Source: Octopus sinensis (Eukaryota). From it: a DNA stretch of 64,000 nt. The stretch lies in contig NC_042997.1 in the NCBI RefSeq assembly GCF_006345805.1, positions 198,524,001-198,588,000 on the forward strand. Direction: 5' to 3'. Positions 34,416 to 48,267 of the stretch are shown here, piece by piece. Within the stretch, counting starts at the first letter, position 1. Every line of letters starts with the position of its first letter. A program made the translations under genes and the position numbers. The notes beneath the pieces were generated by a model. That model was not told the DNA's origin, did no database searches, and saw only the letters and a program-made list of their open reading frames with translations.

Positions 34416-37400
34416 TAATTTAGAGTTTTGGCAAAATTGTTGTGTTTATAGAGATTCAGGATAGACTGTCCGCGTATGTCTAACCCCACTTCGTATTCTT
34501 TTCCAACCTTAGCTGCCTTTCTTCTGAGTCTTACCTTGATCGAGTTCAATCGAGTAGTATTCCTCGTTAGGGCGACGAACTGGCACAATTGTTAGCAAGT
34601 CGGGCGAAATGCTTAGCGGTATTTCGTCTGCCGTTACGTTCTGAGTTCAAATTCCGCCGAGGTCGACTTTGCCTTTCATCCTTTCGGGGTCGATTAAATA
34701 AGAACTCGTTACACACTGGTGTCGATATAATCGACTTAATGCCTTTGTCTGTCCTTATTTGTCCTCTCTATGTTTGTGGGCAATATATTACTCGTTAAAT
34801 TTACCCTTTTATTTCCATGTTTAGCGAGCTCCATAAACCTTCGTGTATTAAGGGATTCGGCTCTCAGACTCACGCTGCTTTTGACTCCGTTGTCAGTGTC
34901 ATTTAGGCCATTTATAACTAGTTTCACAGATTCCAACTATATTTGCTTCTTCTTCAATTTCAGTCAGCTTTGTTTGCGGTATGCTCGCTGTCTCTCCGCA
35001 GTTCTTCAGATTGGCTTGCTCTACGATTTCGGTCACTTTCAATTTTAGCATCAAGCCTCTCTCTGCTCTGTTCTGCTTTACTGGCTCTTTTTGACTTTTT
35101 TCTTTGAAAGTGTATTGGAAGTTTCCAAGTCCACAAGCTTTCCTCTCTTGGAGCTATGGTTGAAAACAGAATAAAAAAATTAAAAAGCTTTGTCTGATTT
35201 TCAAATTCTAATTATGGGTTGTGGTGACCAAATGTCGAGTTTTTGAGCGGACGCATGCGTATGATTATAGATATACACACGTGACTGTTTTATATTATTG
35301 AAGAAGACAGCATCTGAAATCTTTTAATTATTTAACATGATTGATTACCAGTCATTTTGTGGGTTTAAAATTAAATCAAACTTTACTCAGACCGAATTAA
35401 CATATATTACATAAGTTTTTACAAAGGAATAATGTAAATAATGCAACAAAAATAAAAGAAACATTTACGCAAGAAAAATAATGCAAAAGTGTCTCACATG
35501 ATTTAAACTGAATACTTAACTTTATAAAAACAGTAAAACTTCTGCATAAAATTAGTATAAAAACTTTACGTTCAAACCTGTCAATAATTTTATTCCCACT
35601 ATAAACATCAATATATTATTTCTTTATACAAATTTAAGATTTAAATTAAAATTCTTCCGGTTCCTATAAACATTTTTTTTTAATCCTCATAAAATATTTT
35701 TATGTCTCCTAAAAGATTTCTGATCTTCGTTGAAATTTGTCTTTATATAAAAATAAAAAGATTTTCAACCCTGTAACAAATTTTCAGATACTTCAAAAAA
35801 AAAAAATTTATTTGAACCCCTAGGTAAAACATTTCAGCTTCAACTGAAAATTCTGTGTTCCATGTAAGAAGAGCAACTACAAGGCTAATAAAAATTATTG
35901 AATTATGATTAAAAAAAATATTAACTGGCATATGAAATTTCACATGATATCTTGAATAATTACAAGCAAATTTTAAGGGGTTGGGGAATGAGAACAGTTT
36001 TATGGGACCTCACTGGACGAAGAGGTTTTCGTTTTTCTGTATTCTTTCAGTTGATTTTGCATTTGGCTTTAGATTTTCTTTAGCATACCCCGTGCAGGAG
36101 TTTATATAAGGGCATATACTCATGCAAGATTACAGACATGCACATTCGACATTAATTGTATATATACGTGTGCGTGAGTGAGTGTGTGTATGTGTGAACA
36201 TTATAATATATATATAATGGACTCTAGTACTCATTTTTTAAAGCCTGGTACTTATTCTATCAGTCTCTTTTACCCAACTGCTAGGTTACGGAGACGCAAT
36301 CGCACAAGCACGTGTTCTCGAGCGGTGGAAGATGGACAAAGACAGACGCAATGACATACATACATATATACATACGACAGGCTTCTTTCAGTTTTCGTCG
36401 ACCAAATCTACTAACAAATCTTTGGTTGGGCTGAGGCTATAGTAGAAGACACTTGTCCAACGTGCCACGCACTGGGGCTGAACCCGGAACCATGTGGTTG
36501 GGAAGCAAGCTTCTTACCACACAACCACGCTTGCTTCTACTATAAGATAATTTACACTAGTTTATCATCCTTCCAACACATTGCTTAAAAGAACTTTAGC
36601 GGTGAACAATAAAGTATCTGTCATCATTCTGCTGATTCCATTAGCTTTCCTTTCCATTTCTCCAACTTAATCTTAAGATATTCTTTCGTTTATTCGATGC
36701 TGAAGAACTAATACATTCGTAATAAATCTTCATTGTAGTCTGTCTTTTCATTACCAACCTATTCATCCGTTGGGAACTATCCTAGCTTCTATCTGAATAT
36801 AAAAATTACATCACTTAATTAATGCCTTTATTTATTTCATTATGATATGCCAGAATTTTCTCCTCTTCTCTTATACAACACTCAAGGATAAATTCATCTT
36901 CGTCCAACCTTGTTACTTGTTACTAAGCTTTACGAGAAGTAACATGTGTGTAGTAATGGCTGTTGTGTTTTTTTTCTTCTTGGTTCCTTTTATAAACCAA
37001 TCAAATAAAATCAAGCGCTTTTAAGAAGCGGATATTCTCTCTCCAGCTGTTTTTTCTAAGAAGAATTTTCAGAAAATGTGAGTAATGGGATCTTTTTTCG
37101 CAGTACTCATGACACACATAAAAATGTCGATGCAGTACAAAGATACCCGCCAAGAAACTCAAATAGAAATAGGACAGAACACAGTAGAAATGCAAACATC
37201 CGGATCATGCATCAGGAATATAAGTCATCAAGATAACAAACTTCTTTGCGACAAGCCTTAAAGCATACAAAATAGACTGATAGAAATCCAATGTTCTTTT
37301 CTTCTCATGGCACAAGGCCCGAAATTTTTAGGGAGGCGGCCAGTCGATTAGATCGAAACCAGTACGCAACTCGTACTTAATTTATCGTCCTTAAAAAGGA

Positions 37401-37735
37401 TGAAAGGCAAAGTCGATCACGGCGAAATTTGAACTCAAAATGTAAAGACAGACGAAATACTGCTAAGCGTTTCGCCTTGGCGTGCTAAAACTTCTGCCAG
37501 CTCGCTACCTTCACAGAAATCGAATATGCTTTTCTACTCTAGGAACGAGGCCCGAAATTTGGGGCGGGGATGGGGCTAGTCGATCAGATCGCCTCCAGTA
37601 CGCAACTGGTACTTAATTTATCGATCCCGAAATGTTGTAAGGCAAACTCGACGACGGTGGAATTTGATCTCAGAACGTAAAAGCATTTTGTCCGTGCTAA
37701 AGTTTCTGCCAGATCGCCGCCTTCATAGAAGTTTA

Positions 37736-37738
<3 letters not shown>

Positions 37739-37779
<41 letters not shown>

Positions 37780-38590
37780 TATACATACATATATACATAT
37801 ATACACACACACATATATATACATACATATATATACATATACACACATATATATACATATATATATACATATACACACATATAGACATACATATACACAC
37901 ATATATACATATATACACACACATATATACATACATACACACACATATATACATACATACACACACATACATACACACACATACATACACACACATACAT
38001 ACATACATATACACACATATACATATATATACATACATACATATACATATATATACATAAATATGTATAGACCCATATATAAATTTGTATTTATACATAT
38101 ATAAATATGTATTTATACATATACAAATATGTATTTATACATATACAAATATGTATTTATACATATATATATGTATTTATACATATATATATATGTATTT
38201 ATACATATATATATATATGTATTTATACATATATATATGTATTTATACATATATATATGTATTTATACATATATATATAAATATGTGTATACACATGTAT
38301 ATATATATATACATACATATACATATATATATGCACATACATATACATATATATATGCACATATATATATACATATATATATATGCATATATATATTTAT
38401 ATATATATATGCATTATATATATACATATATATATATGCATATATATATTTATATATATATATGCATATATATATTTATATATATATATGCATATATATA
38501 TATGCATATATATTTATATATATATATGCATATATATATATACATATATATATATGCATATATATATTTATATATATATATGCATATACA
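37739..38590. repeat. Large compound (TA)/(CA) microsatellite with higher-order 18-30 bp units
   Basis: Blocks of TACA/CACA, then repeated ATATGTATTTATACATAT, then GCATATATATATTTATAT units. Confidence 0.95.
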
Positions 38591-39119
38591 GGAAATAATA
38601 TTTGTCTCTTTTTATGTAAACAAACATTCATATAGGACTGCAGAAAGAAGTGCTCAAATGTAAATAAGACAAAGATAAATAAACATTGGTTATAGAACAA
38701 ACATCAAATTGGAGTCAACGACTTTATATATATTTCCATACGGCAAATATTTAATCATATATAAACATCACCAACGTCCTTAAAATTTTAAAATATCTTA
38801 ATCGTTTCATAAAAGATTTTTTGTCGTTTGATAATTTATCTTAGTTTCTTAGTTTTATGTTAGTATGGCACACTTTAGAACTTTTATGAATGTTTAGTCG
38901 TATATATATTTACTTTTTGATAGGCCGTTCTATTTGTATTTTATTCGTATATATATTTTTATGTACATGTATATTTTTTTAATATATTTGACAACCATGG
39001 TGATATTTATATATGATTAAATGTTTCAGGTATGGTGTTATATATAAGTCGTTGACACGAATTTAGTGTTTGTTCTATAAACAATGTTTCGTCTTTATCT
39101 ATCTATCTATATATATATA

Positions 39120-39870
39120 TACGTTGCAGTATAGTTGTGCGACTTCTTTGGGCATGTATTTAAGGTTATCGGACAAGCAATGTCGCTCAAAGAGCTGCTT
39201 TCTAAGTCTTACGAAGTTATCAGCCTCATGTATGCAAACTTGGTCAAGGGATACACTCGGACACTTGGTGGTTAAAAGATGTTGCCGAAGGGGTATGATA
39301 CGACATTTAAAGGCATTTTGGATCGATGTTAAGCCTCTGCCGCCTTGTTTTCCTTTTAGGTAAAGGCGGTCCACGTCACTGTTTATGTGCAAATTATGTG
39401 TGATTGTTAGTATTTTTCACATTTTCATATCAATGGCTCAGATCTCATCAAGCATCTAATCAAGCAGTCCAAATGCTGGTATGAGTACTGGCACTGCAAA
39501 CACATTGTGGGTCACTGATTTATTGAATGCAGAGAGTTCTGAAATCTCAATTTTCTTTATTCAACTGTGATATTCTTTAGTGTCACCTGTTTTGTTACAG
39601 GTGCCATTGTAAGATAAGTTTTCATCCACCCCTAGATATCTGCAACATTCCTCATCAGATTCAGGGAAAACAGTCAAATCATTGATGGATATGTTGCTAG
39701 TCTGCTTTACAGTTTTTCCCCCTTTTCACAATCATATAACAACATTTATTCTAACTAGGTCAAGGCTCTTTTTCATCTCGTGCATATTCTTTGCATAAAG
39801 TTTCAAGTCACCCCAAAGAAACAGTATGTAATTTTGTTATTTCTGTTTCCTTGTGAACCAGTGAGTTATT
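39120..39870 (-). mobile_element. R4/Dong-like RT fragment
   Basis: GDLKLYAKN; YLGVDE; FAVPVLIPAFG; HINSDVDRLYLKGKQGGRGLTSIQ. Confidence 0.8.
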
Positions 39871-39940
39871 CTTCAGACTTCCTTAATATGAATGACATGT
39901 ATCTATGTATAAAAATGCGTACAGAGAAAGAGAGCAAGAA

Positions 39941-40055
<115 letters not shown>

Positions 40056-40514
40056 TGATGGTGGTTAGCCCTTCACACTCATCAATAACTTTTCTTTATA
40101 ATAATTGTGTTGGTTCAGTATCGTGACGTAATTTTGTAACTAGTTTACACGCTGATAATACGAAACCGGAAACGTATGAAGACAGTTTAAAATCATATTT
40201 ATGCATAGAGTAGCGCAAGGTTTGCATATCTATAAACATTTTAGCCAGTGTAATAATTTCAGCATTGTAGCAGATCCGGTGACAGCAGGCACCATGTACC
40301 GAACACACATACACACACTCATACAAATGTTTACAACATATGAACTTAGCAGTAGCTTTGCTGACTGTTACTTCCAAAGATTTTGACTTGCAATTACGAT
40401 AGCATCGGCTGTGCCTATCATGCTCTGATCGTGACCTTCCAAAATAATTTCATCTTAGAAATTTGGTAATGAAACGACGGTGTAGTTTTAGAGATATCTA
40501 GAACTCAAATAACA

Positions 40515-41108
40515 TATTCTTTTCTACTTTAGGTACAAGGCCCGAAATTTTGGGGAAACGGGCCAACTGGAAATTAATTTATCGAACCCGAAAGGATGAA
40601 AGGTAAATTCAACCTCGGCGGAATTTGAACTCAGAACGTAAAGACAGACGAAATAGCGCTAAGCATTTCGCCCGGCGTGCTAACGTTTCTTATTTCGTTA
40701 CTGCCCACAAGGGACTACACAGTGAGAGGACAAACAAGGACAGCCAAACAGATTAAGTCGATTACATTGACCCCCAGTGCGTAATTGGTACTTAATTTAT
40801 CGATCCCGAAAGGATAAAAAGCAAAGTCGACCTCGGCGGAATTTGAACTCAGAACGTAGCGGCTGACGAAATACCTATTTCTTTATTACTCACAAGGGGC
40901 TAAACATAGAGGGAACAAACAAGGACAGACATAGGTATTAAGTCGATTACATCGACCCCAGTGCGTAACTGGTACTTAATTTATCGACCCCGAAAGGATG
41001 AAAGGCAAAGTCGACCTCGGCGGAATTTGAACTCAGAATGTAGCGGCAGACGAAATACCGCTAAGCATTTCGCCCGGCGTGCTAACGTTTCTGCCAGCTC
41101 ACCGCCTT
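40515..41108 (-). mobile_element. SINE family A trimer (two tail-1 units plus one tail-2 unit)
   Basis: Junction GACGAAATACCTATTTC at about 40865-40881; a second junction in the A-box region near 40685. Confidence 0.85.
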
Positions 41109-41550
41109 ACTCAAATGATATATTGTATCAGTCGTTCTTCAAATAATTTTTATGTTAACATTTGCTTTTCATCCGTTGTTTGGATAGCATAGAGGTTTTA
41201 TGGGAATAGAGGTGTTTATTCTATCTTTAAAGGAAAGCAGAAGAGGATTGTTCGAATTCACTTAAAAGAATTATTCTATTTATATATATGCAAAGTTTGT
41301 TTTCGTTGGTCTTTTTGCATAATCTATGAACTCACACAACGTTATCATCATCACCGTCACCATCGTCATTATCATTAAATCAATCCGGGGGCAATTGTAT
41401 CTATGATATTTGTGAATATCAGTTAAAGTTATGTTCTTCAATGTTTTTTCATAGAATTACAATTATACAAATATAAATGAAACGAAATATCATCTCTGAA
41501 AGGTGTTACAACACAACATTAAGTCTGGGCAGAACTGGTGCATCTAAGCA

Positions 41551-41950
41551 GGCGTGAAGGAGTGGTAATGAGTTTGCTTCCAAGCCACATGGTTCCGGGT
41601 TCAGTCCCACTGCGAGACACCTTTGGCAAGTTAGCTCCGGGCCAACCAAAGCCTTATGAGTGGATCTTGTAGACGGAAACTAAAAGACGCCTGTCGTGTG
41701 TGTGTGTGTGTGTATACATATGGGGTGGGGTATTTTTGTATCTGTGTTCGTCCCCTGCCCACAGCTTGACAGCCGGTATTGGTTTGTTTATGTCTCTGTA
41801 AATTAACAGTTCGGTAAATAAGACTGGTGGACTAAGTACCAGGCTTGAAAGAAAAAACAGAGTACTGGTGTCGATTCATTCGACTAAAAAACTTTTGAAG
41901 GCGGTGCCCCAGCATGGCCGCAGTCTAATGATTGAAACAAGTGAAAGGTA
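41551..41950 (+). mobile_element. Diverged SINE family B
   Basis: Bipartite layout with (TG)n centre. Confidence 0.8.
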
Positions 41951-42165
41951 AAACAATCTATGATCGAGGCGTGATTTCAACCAGAGGCGGTCGTTATTGT
42001 CAAACTTGTTTTAATCCTCAGTTAGTCTTGGACGAACATACATATGATGAAAAACATTCCTGTCATGACCATCCAGTTTTACCAACGTGCAACGAACTTA
42101 GGACCACACAATTGAATATGTCGTCCTCAAAGACGGTGAGGTGTGTCTTATGGTATGTGTCTTTA

Positions 42166-42400
42166 AGGCAGCGAGCTGGCAGAAACGTTAGCACGCCGGG
42201 CGAAATGCGTAGCCGTATTTCTTCTGTCGTTACGTTCTGAGTTCAAATTCCGCCGAGGTCCACTTTGCCTTTTATACTTTCGGGGTCGATTAAATAAGTA
42301 CCAGTTACGCACTGGTGTCGACATAATCGACTTAGTCCGTTTGTCTGTCCTTGTGTGTCCCCTCTGTGTGTAGCCCCTTGTGGGCAGTAAAGAAATAGGT
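42166..42400 (+). mobile_element. SINE family A, full length
   Basis: Head AAGGCAGCGAGCTGGCAGAA through AAAGAAATAGGT. Confidence 0.9.
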
Positions 42401-43149
42401 ATGACCACATAATGCTCCCCAGTGAATCTGAAGCAAATAGATTGGACACACTTGGTGTGTTCAAAATATTAATGGTTCACCAGCTCTTGATCAAACTATT
42501 GCTTTTCTCTGATCAAACAACATCCTTTACTAAATATTCACGTCAATGATATAAATTCTCAAACTGGGAATCAAATGCACTTTATGTCACATTTGAATGA
42601 CAGGCGTTGGTAATACCGCAGAGCTTGTTTTATGAGTATAGTGACCAACGTACCACATATCCTTTCAGCAATTGTTGCAAAGATATGCCATATATCACTT
42701 TAACTGGTCCACGTCTACGAAAAAGAATCCCCTTCATCTGTTACTCCTTTTCTCCCACTACTGCTGTTGCCGCTGCTGTTGTTGTTGTTAAGCAACAAGA
42801 CGTGTAAGGGTGATAAGGTGATGGTCTAGGGCTTAGGGGCGGGAGACCCCAGACCTTGAAAACGAAAACAAAAAACTTTGGTCGTCTTGTTGTAGTCGAG
42901 GACTCTTCGTTGACACCCGACACCACTGAGAGGTGGCCCTCGCAGTCGCTGGAAATGGATATCTCCAGGTTCAAATTCTTGAACGGCTGCTGCTGCTGCT
43001 ACTACTACTACTACTTCCGAAATTGCTACTCCACCAGGAAGAGATCGAAATAACTGTAGACAAGTCACTGTGGTATATACATGTAATAAATATGTTCCTT
43101 TCTGCAGAATTTCCAAGGATCGAAACAAAACTGTGGCAAACTATTTCGA

Positions 43150-43770
43150 ATAGTAAATTTTACGGTCCTTGCAACAATCATCGCAATGAAGATGCCGAAT
43201 ATTTTCTTCTCCGAAAGCATATTTGGATCAAGATCAACCAGTTCACCGGTTCTCACTGTTGCATCTGCAGGGTTAGCTGCATTGGTATAAAAAGGTGGTT
43301 CTACAGCTTATTCAACTTTCCATATTCCAGTTTCTGTTAACAGGGATGCTGTTTGTTGTATTGACGTCAACAGCAAACTAGCATAAATAATTAGAAACAC
43401 ATGGAACTGAGGTTTCGTTTGTTGGAAGGAAGCGCTACAGCTGCTGATGTATGAATATAGAAGCTGTTGATAGCGTATTTTGTAGTCTTTTGTAAAATGT
43501 TTTACCTTTTGGTGGCAAGATTACAGTGTTTCTAGGCGATTTACAAATATTTCTGAGAGAAAGCTATCTTAAAAGAGTTGCTGCCTCGAGTGTAGTTATA
43601 ATCCATTTTTCATTTTGGCAAAATATATTCATGAAACCGAAACTAGTCATGGATATGCTACCATAGTATCAAGAGGATCATGACAGGGCGAAATTTCTGC
43701 TTCGTATTCGTGAAGGAAGGGAACTACTAAACTGTCATGGTTGAGTTACTATATGGTGTTAAGGTTGTTT
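43150..43770 (+). mobile_element. Helitron PIF1-type helicase fragment (decayed)
   Basis: VLTVASAGLAALV*KGGSTAYSTFHIPV and IEAVD...PFGGKITVFLGDLQI match the Helitron helicase motifs (VASSGIAA.LL.GG.TAHS.F.IP; FGGK..VL.GDFRQ). Confidence 0.8.
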
Positions 43771-43780
43771 TGAATGAATG

Positions 43781-44082
43781 TCACCGTGACCGACCAGGCT
43801 ATCAGATTCTGCTACGCATGGCTGGTCACAATGCGCTTCGCATTGTTTTAGCTTTCAAATGACGCCACCCCGCTGGCTAAGTGAGCAGGCCAACAGAAGA
43901 AAGTGTGAGAGAAATTTGTGGTGAAAGAGTACAGCAGGGATCCCCACCACCCCTTGCTGGAGCCTCGGGGAGCTTTGGGTGTTTTCGCTCAATAAACACT
44001 CACAACGCCCGGTCTGGGAATCGAAACCGCGATCCTACTACCGCGAGTCCGCTGCCCTAACCAGTGGGCCATTGCGACTCCA
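43781..44082 (-). mobile_element. SINE family C (tail type 1) inserted in the Helitron relic
   Basis: Consensus match; TTGAATGAATG at 43770-43780 and 44088-44098 is a likely TSD. Confidence 0.9.
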
Positions 44083-44414
44083 CTCTATTGAATGAATGCA
44101 AACTGCTAAATTTAATGCTGAAAACTTCCTACCTTGAACTATAACATTCCCTTTTGCACTTGTACTTACAGTGGCATACACCGGAGTGAGTTGAGCCGGC
44201 TCCGACCAACGAGTTCACCACATCTCTCACGAATGCTAACCATAACCGCTGGTCAGCCCTAACATTTCAGCAAACAAAATAATGCTTTTACCTGCGATCC
44301 AAAGATCCAGCTTGCAAATTTAACAAGTGCCTCACTGGGAGATCAAACGCATTAAATAGCGCGGATGCTGCAGCCATAGTCATCATTTACTGTTGAGGCG
44401 TAGAGTTTATATCT

Positions 44415-44620
44415 AGGACATTTACCCCCATGAACAATAACCGCCCCCAGGCAAATTACCCCTGAGGACAACAGATGATGATTTAAAAGTTCTTAATATA
44501 TTGGAGAGGGGATAATTAACCAAGTGGTGTAATTATCATAGGAGGTAGTTGTTGTCGGGGGAATTGTCCTATGGAGTTATAATTGTCTTGGGTGGGGGTG
44601 GGGGTAATTGTCCTGATACG
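44415..44620. mobile_element. Degenerate MITE-like element with GGACAATT(A/G)CCCC subrepeats in inverted arrangement
   Basis: GGACATTTACCCCC and CAAATTACCCC on the left; GGGGAATTGTCC and GGGGTAATTGTCC on the right. Confidence 0.4.
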
Positions 44621-46107
44621 GTAGAGATCATGTCAAGAGTATCAGTGGGAATACAAATTCACATTTAGCCCTCTGTCACATCCCTTTCATTGCTGTTAAT
44701 TCTATAAACCAATTATCAACGTATTTGACGGAGGTACGTCACTTCAGGATTGAATTTTGCGATGAGGATAATATGTAAAATTACCCATTAGAATTCATAA
44801 AGAGTTGTAAATTTGATGGAATGTTACCCTCCCCGATACTCTGATCTTGAAAAAGGAAATATATGTGGTTTCGTTGTAAGTGAGAAGTTGTGGTGTTGAG
44901 ACTAGAAATATTGCGATTCTGACAATAAAAATTCTGTAAGTATGACTGTAGATCAAGTAATTATTTAAATTTTGATTGTTCTTAGAATATATGCTACAAT
45001 AATTTCACTCACTGTTTAAGTTAGATTGATCATTTATCTGTGCGTGCATTTCGATAAGTATAAATTATTTTCAAGTCAAAATAATTTTCCTTCTTCAGTA
45101 TATGGATTTTAAAATCAACTAATTTATGGCTAATTGGTAAGTAATTTCTCAAATTACTGTACAAAAATTCATTTATATATTTCTCAACTCATCCATTCAG
45201 ACATCATTCACTAAAAATATATTTCCTTTAAAGTATAAATAAACAAAAGTGATCTGATAAAAAATCCTTTATGAAAGCTGGTTATTGAGTGTGGCCTATA
45301 TCTTGTATCATTCTTATTTAAACGTGCATATTTCAAATCGTTTTTCTTAATGACCATCAAATTCTTTCTTGTTACTATGTGTCTACCTTAATGTCCGATC
45401 GATATATGTGCCTCTCTAGAGGTTAGAAAACAGAACACTTATTTTAATCTATCGTATCGTATTGATTCATTGGAATGTACAAAACTATTCAGTTTGTACA
45501 GCTCGCAGTTGTGAAGCAAGATAAATGTTAAGCACAATAATAGTCTATTCATGAAGTTCCTTAACCCCCGCAGCTGCGTAAAGCACGACCATTCATGCTA
45601 TTGTTGTTAATTCTATGATACATTCTCAACACTTTAGCGAACGGTCTATGTACTGAACGTAACTGAGAATAAAACTAGCTTTATTATTCTTCAATAGAAT
45701 AAGAATACATACGAGAGCCATTAAGAAATATCAGCGCTAGGTTTTGTTATCTAATCATTGCCTACGAAATCCATTGACAGCCATCAAAATAAAGCAGTTG
45801 GATTGGCTCTGCTTTTATTTTTTTCTTCTTCGATTGGGTTTAAGAATGTGGTTTACACGTAATCCCTTCAATTGCATAATCGAATGCTATTGTTTCAGAT
45901 AAGTTATCAAGCATGACTTAAAAATTGCTGACAAGGTATCAATAATTAGTGATAGCAGAGTGATATCTAAATTAAATGTAGGCCATATAATTGTAAAATA
46001 GATGACGGGAAGAAATTACATCTCATTAAAAACTGTTATTTAATTATTAAAAAGACAAGTGTATTTTGAAGATATGTAAATTTTATTCCGAATACATATT
46101 ATCATAT

Positions 46108-46267
46108 GTAGGAGTGGCTGTGCAGTAGGTAGATTGCTTACCAACCACATGGTTCCGGGTTCAGTCCTACTGCGTGGTACCTTGGGCAAGTGTCTTCTAC
46201 TACAGCATCGTGAGTGGATTTGGTAGACGGAAACTTAAAGAAGCCCGTCGTATACACACACACATTA

Positions 46268-46301
<34 letters not shown>

Positions 46302-46382
46302 TGTGTGTGTGTGTGTTTTTTTTTTTTTTTCTGTACTAGGCTTGCAAGAATAAGTCAAATGACTGAAACAAGTAAAAGAGTA
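46108..46382 (+). mobile_element. SINE family B with internal deletion of the right module
   Basis: Head and left module, (TG)n, then only the terminal GACTGAAACAAGTAAAAGAG. Confidence 0.8.
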
Positions 46383-47924
46383 TTATTACTTCAGTGTCCC
46401 ATTTAACACTCTTGATATATTGCTCATACCTAGTTTTACTACATTTTATGAAAGTGAAAAACTACATTTCTTTAGGATAAAATCTATATAATACAATCAA
46501 TTTTAAATCTATATGATGTAGGAAATTAAAAATTGAAATTATTTTCGTTGCTTTTTTTTATTTTTGAAAAGTTTTTTTCTTTAAAAAGAGGATGACAGAC
46601 AGTATTGAGTATAACAGAGGTTAAAGTTACAGCTCAAGATTGCTGCAATAGAAAATAGCGTAAATCAAGATCAAATTGCTCCTGACTAGAGAATTGACCC
46701 CAAAGCTTGCAATAGAGCGGATTAGTTATAATAATTCTTTCTACTTTGGGCTCAAGGCCTTAAGATTGGAGGAATAGGCAAGTCAATTGCATCGAACCCA
46801 GTGTTCAACAGTACTTATTTTAGGTGGAGTCGATCCAGGCAGTATTTGAATTCTGAGCGTAAAGATTCTGACAGCTCTTTGCTTTAAATGTTATTATATA
46901 TTGTGCAATATATTATCATTATCATCAGGAAATCAATATTAGAAAATTCTTCAGAAAGATATATACGTATGTAAAATAATTGTTGTATTAAAAATATAAA
47001 TATATTTATAAATATATGTAAATATATATATAAGTATAAAAATATAATGTATATGTCAGTTTAAAAGTTTTGAATTAAGTTTTTAAAGCATCTTACGATC
47101 GTTTCACAGAAGTGCTGTCCCTATAATGAAATCCTATATTGATAAGCATTTATAGACAACTCTTCTGCTCTTCAGAGATATAAAATTTGAATTTTGTATA
47201 ACATATCAAATAGTAGTTTTTTAAAAAATTTTAAGTAATACTATAAATTGGTATTTGTTAGAAATATAAATTTAAAATGTGTTATTATAATAAGACTGGG
47301 CGCCGACGTAGGCCTACTATTCAAGAAGGGCTACAAGCAAATGGGCATTCTCACAGTTTTCGGCAGCCTAAACTTGGGTTCTCTTGAAAAAACTTGACCA
47401 AGCTAAAATGCGGTGCAGGTGAAACGAACTTGGACTCGTGTATGTGATTGTGAAGCAAACCTCCGACTATGCGATCATTCCTGCTTCTCATCCTAACTAT
47501 GAGAAGAATGGACAAAGATTATGAAGTTTTAAAACGTACTGGTTGAGATAAAAAGTATATTACATTTAAGAGGGTTTAGTACAGAAATGACTCTTTAGAA
47601 ACAAAGCTGCCTTTATAGATTTGCCTATAACTATGGACAAGTAAAATCAAATCATCTTGTAAAATACAATGTCTTGATTTTGTCAAATATGTTTCAATTA
47701 TCATTTCATGCATCAATAATGTGGTACCGTTAATATTTCATGTACAACCGAAAGATGCGTTACATGTACAGCGAAGCTGTTGATAGAACCATTTGCTTTT
47801 TTCTTTATTCCATTAAACAGGAAGAAAATTATAAATGTATAGCTTAAAAGTAGCATATGATTCCATTAATGCACATTAAATGGCATTACTCCGCTCAAAG
47901 TTGAAACAGTAAATTTATTTATTT

Positions 47925-48267
47925 CTGCGCCCTTTTCAAGCCTTACCAGGCTCATGAGCCCGGTTTCTATAGCGTATGTGCTCCCCACCAGCTGGACGCC
48001 AGTCCATCGCAGCGTTTAAATGTTGCTTCTCGAGCCATGCCAGGCTCATAAGGGCCGGTTTTCCGGTTTCAGTGGCGTGGAAATTCTCCACCTGGACGGG
48101 AAGCCTGTTCGTCGCAGGATTATTCATTTTCGCCAGCTGAGTGGACTGGAGCAACGTGAAAATGAAGTGTTTTGCTCAAGAACACAACGCATCGCTCGGT
48201 TCAGGAATCGAAACCACAAACTTACGATCATGTGTGCAACACCGTAACCACTAAGCCACGCGCCCCC
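47925..48267 (-). mobile_element. tRNA-headed CORE-like SINE with a duplicated 3' tail
   Basis: GGCGCGTGGCTTAGTGG (A box), GGTTTCGATTCC (B box), GCGTTGTGTTCTTGAGCAAAACACTT (CORE-like); tail GAAACCGG...ATGAGCCTGG occurs twice. Confidence 0.75.

Noticed and set aside
37584-38700. Long YI/HT/CV-rich ORFs (also 15830-16403, 33579-33965, 49759-50081)
   Set aside because: Stop-free translations of microsatellites, not proteins.
40150-40185. CTGATAATACGAAACCGG hammerhead-like string
   Set aside because: C3/A8 mismatch, no stem II and no stem I.
42933-43340. 135-aa plus-strand ORF with a poly-Leu 'signal peptide'
   Set aside because: The Leu run is the CTG/CTA triplet repeat, and the 3' part overlaps Helitron helicase sequence in another frame.
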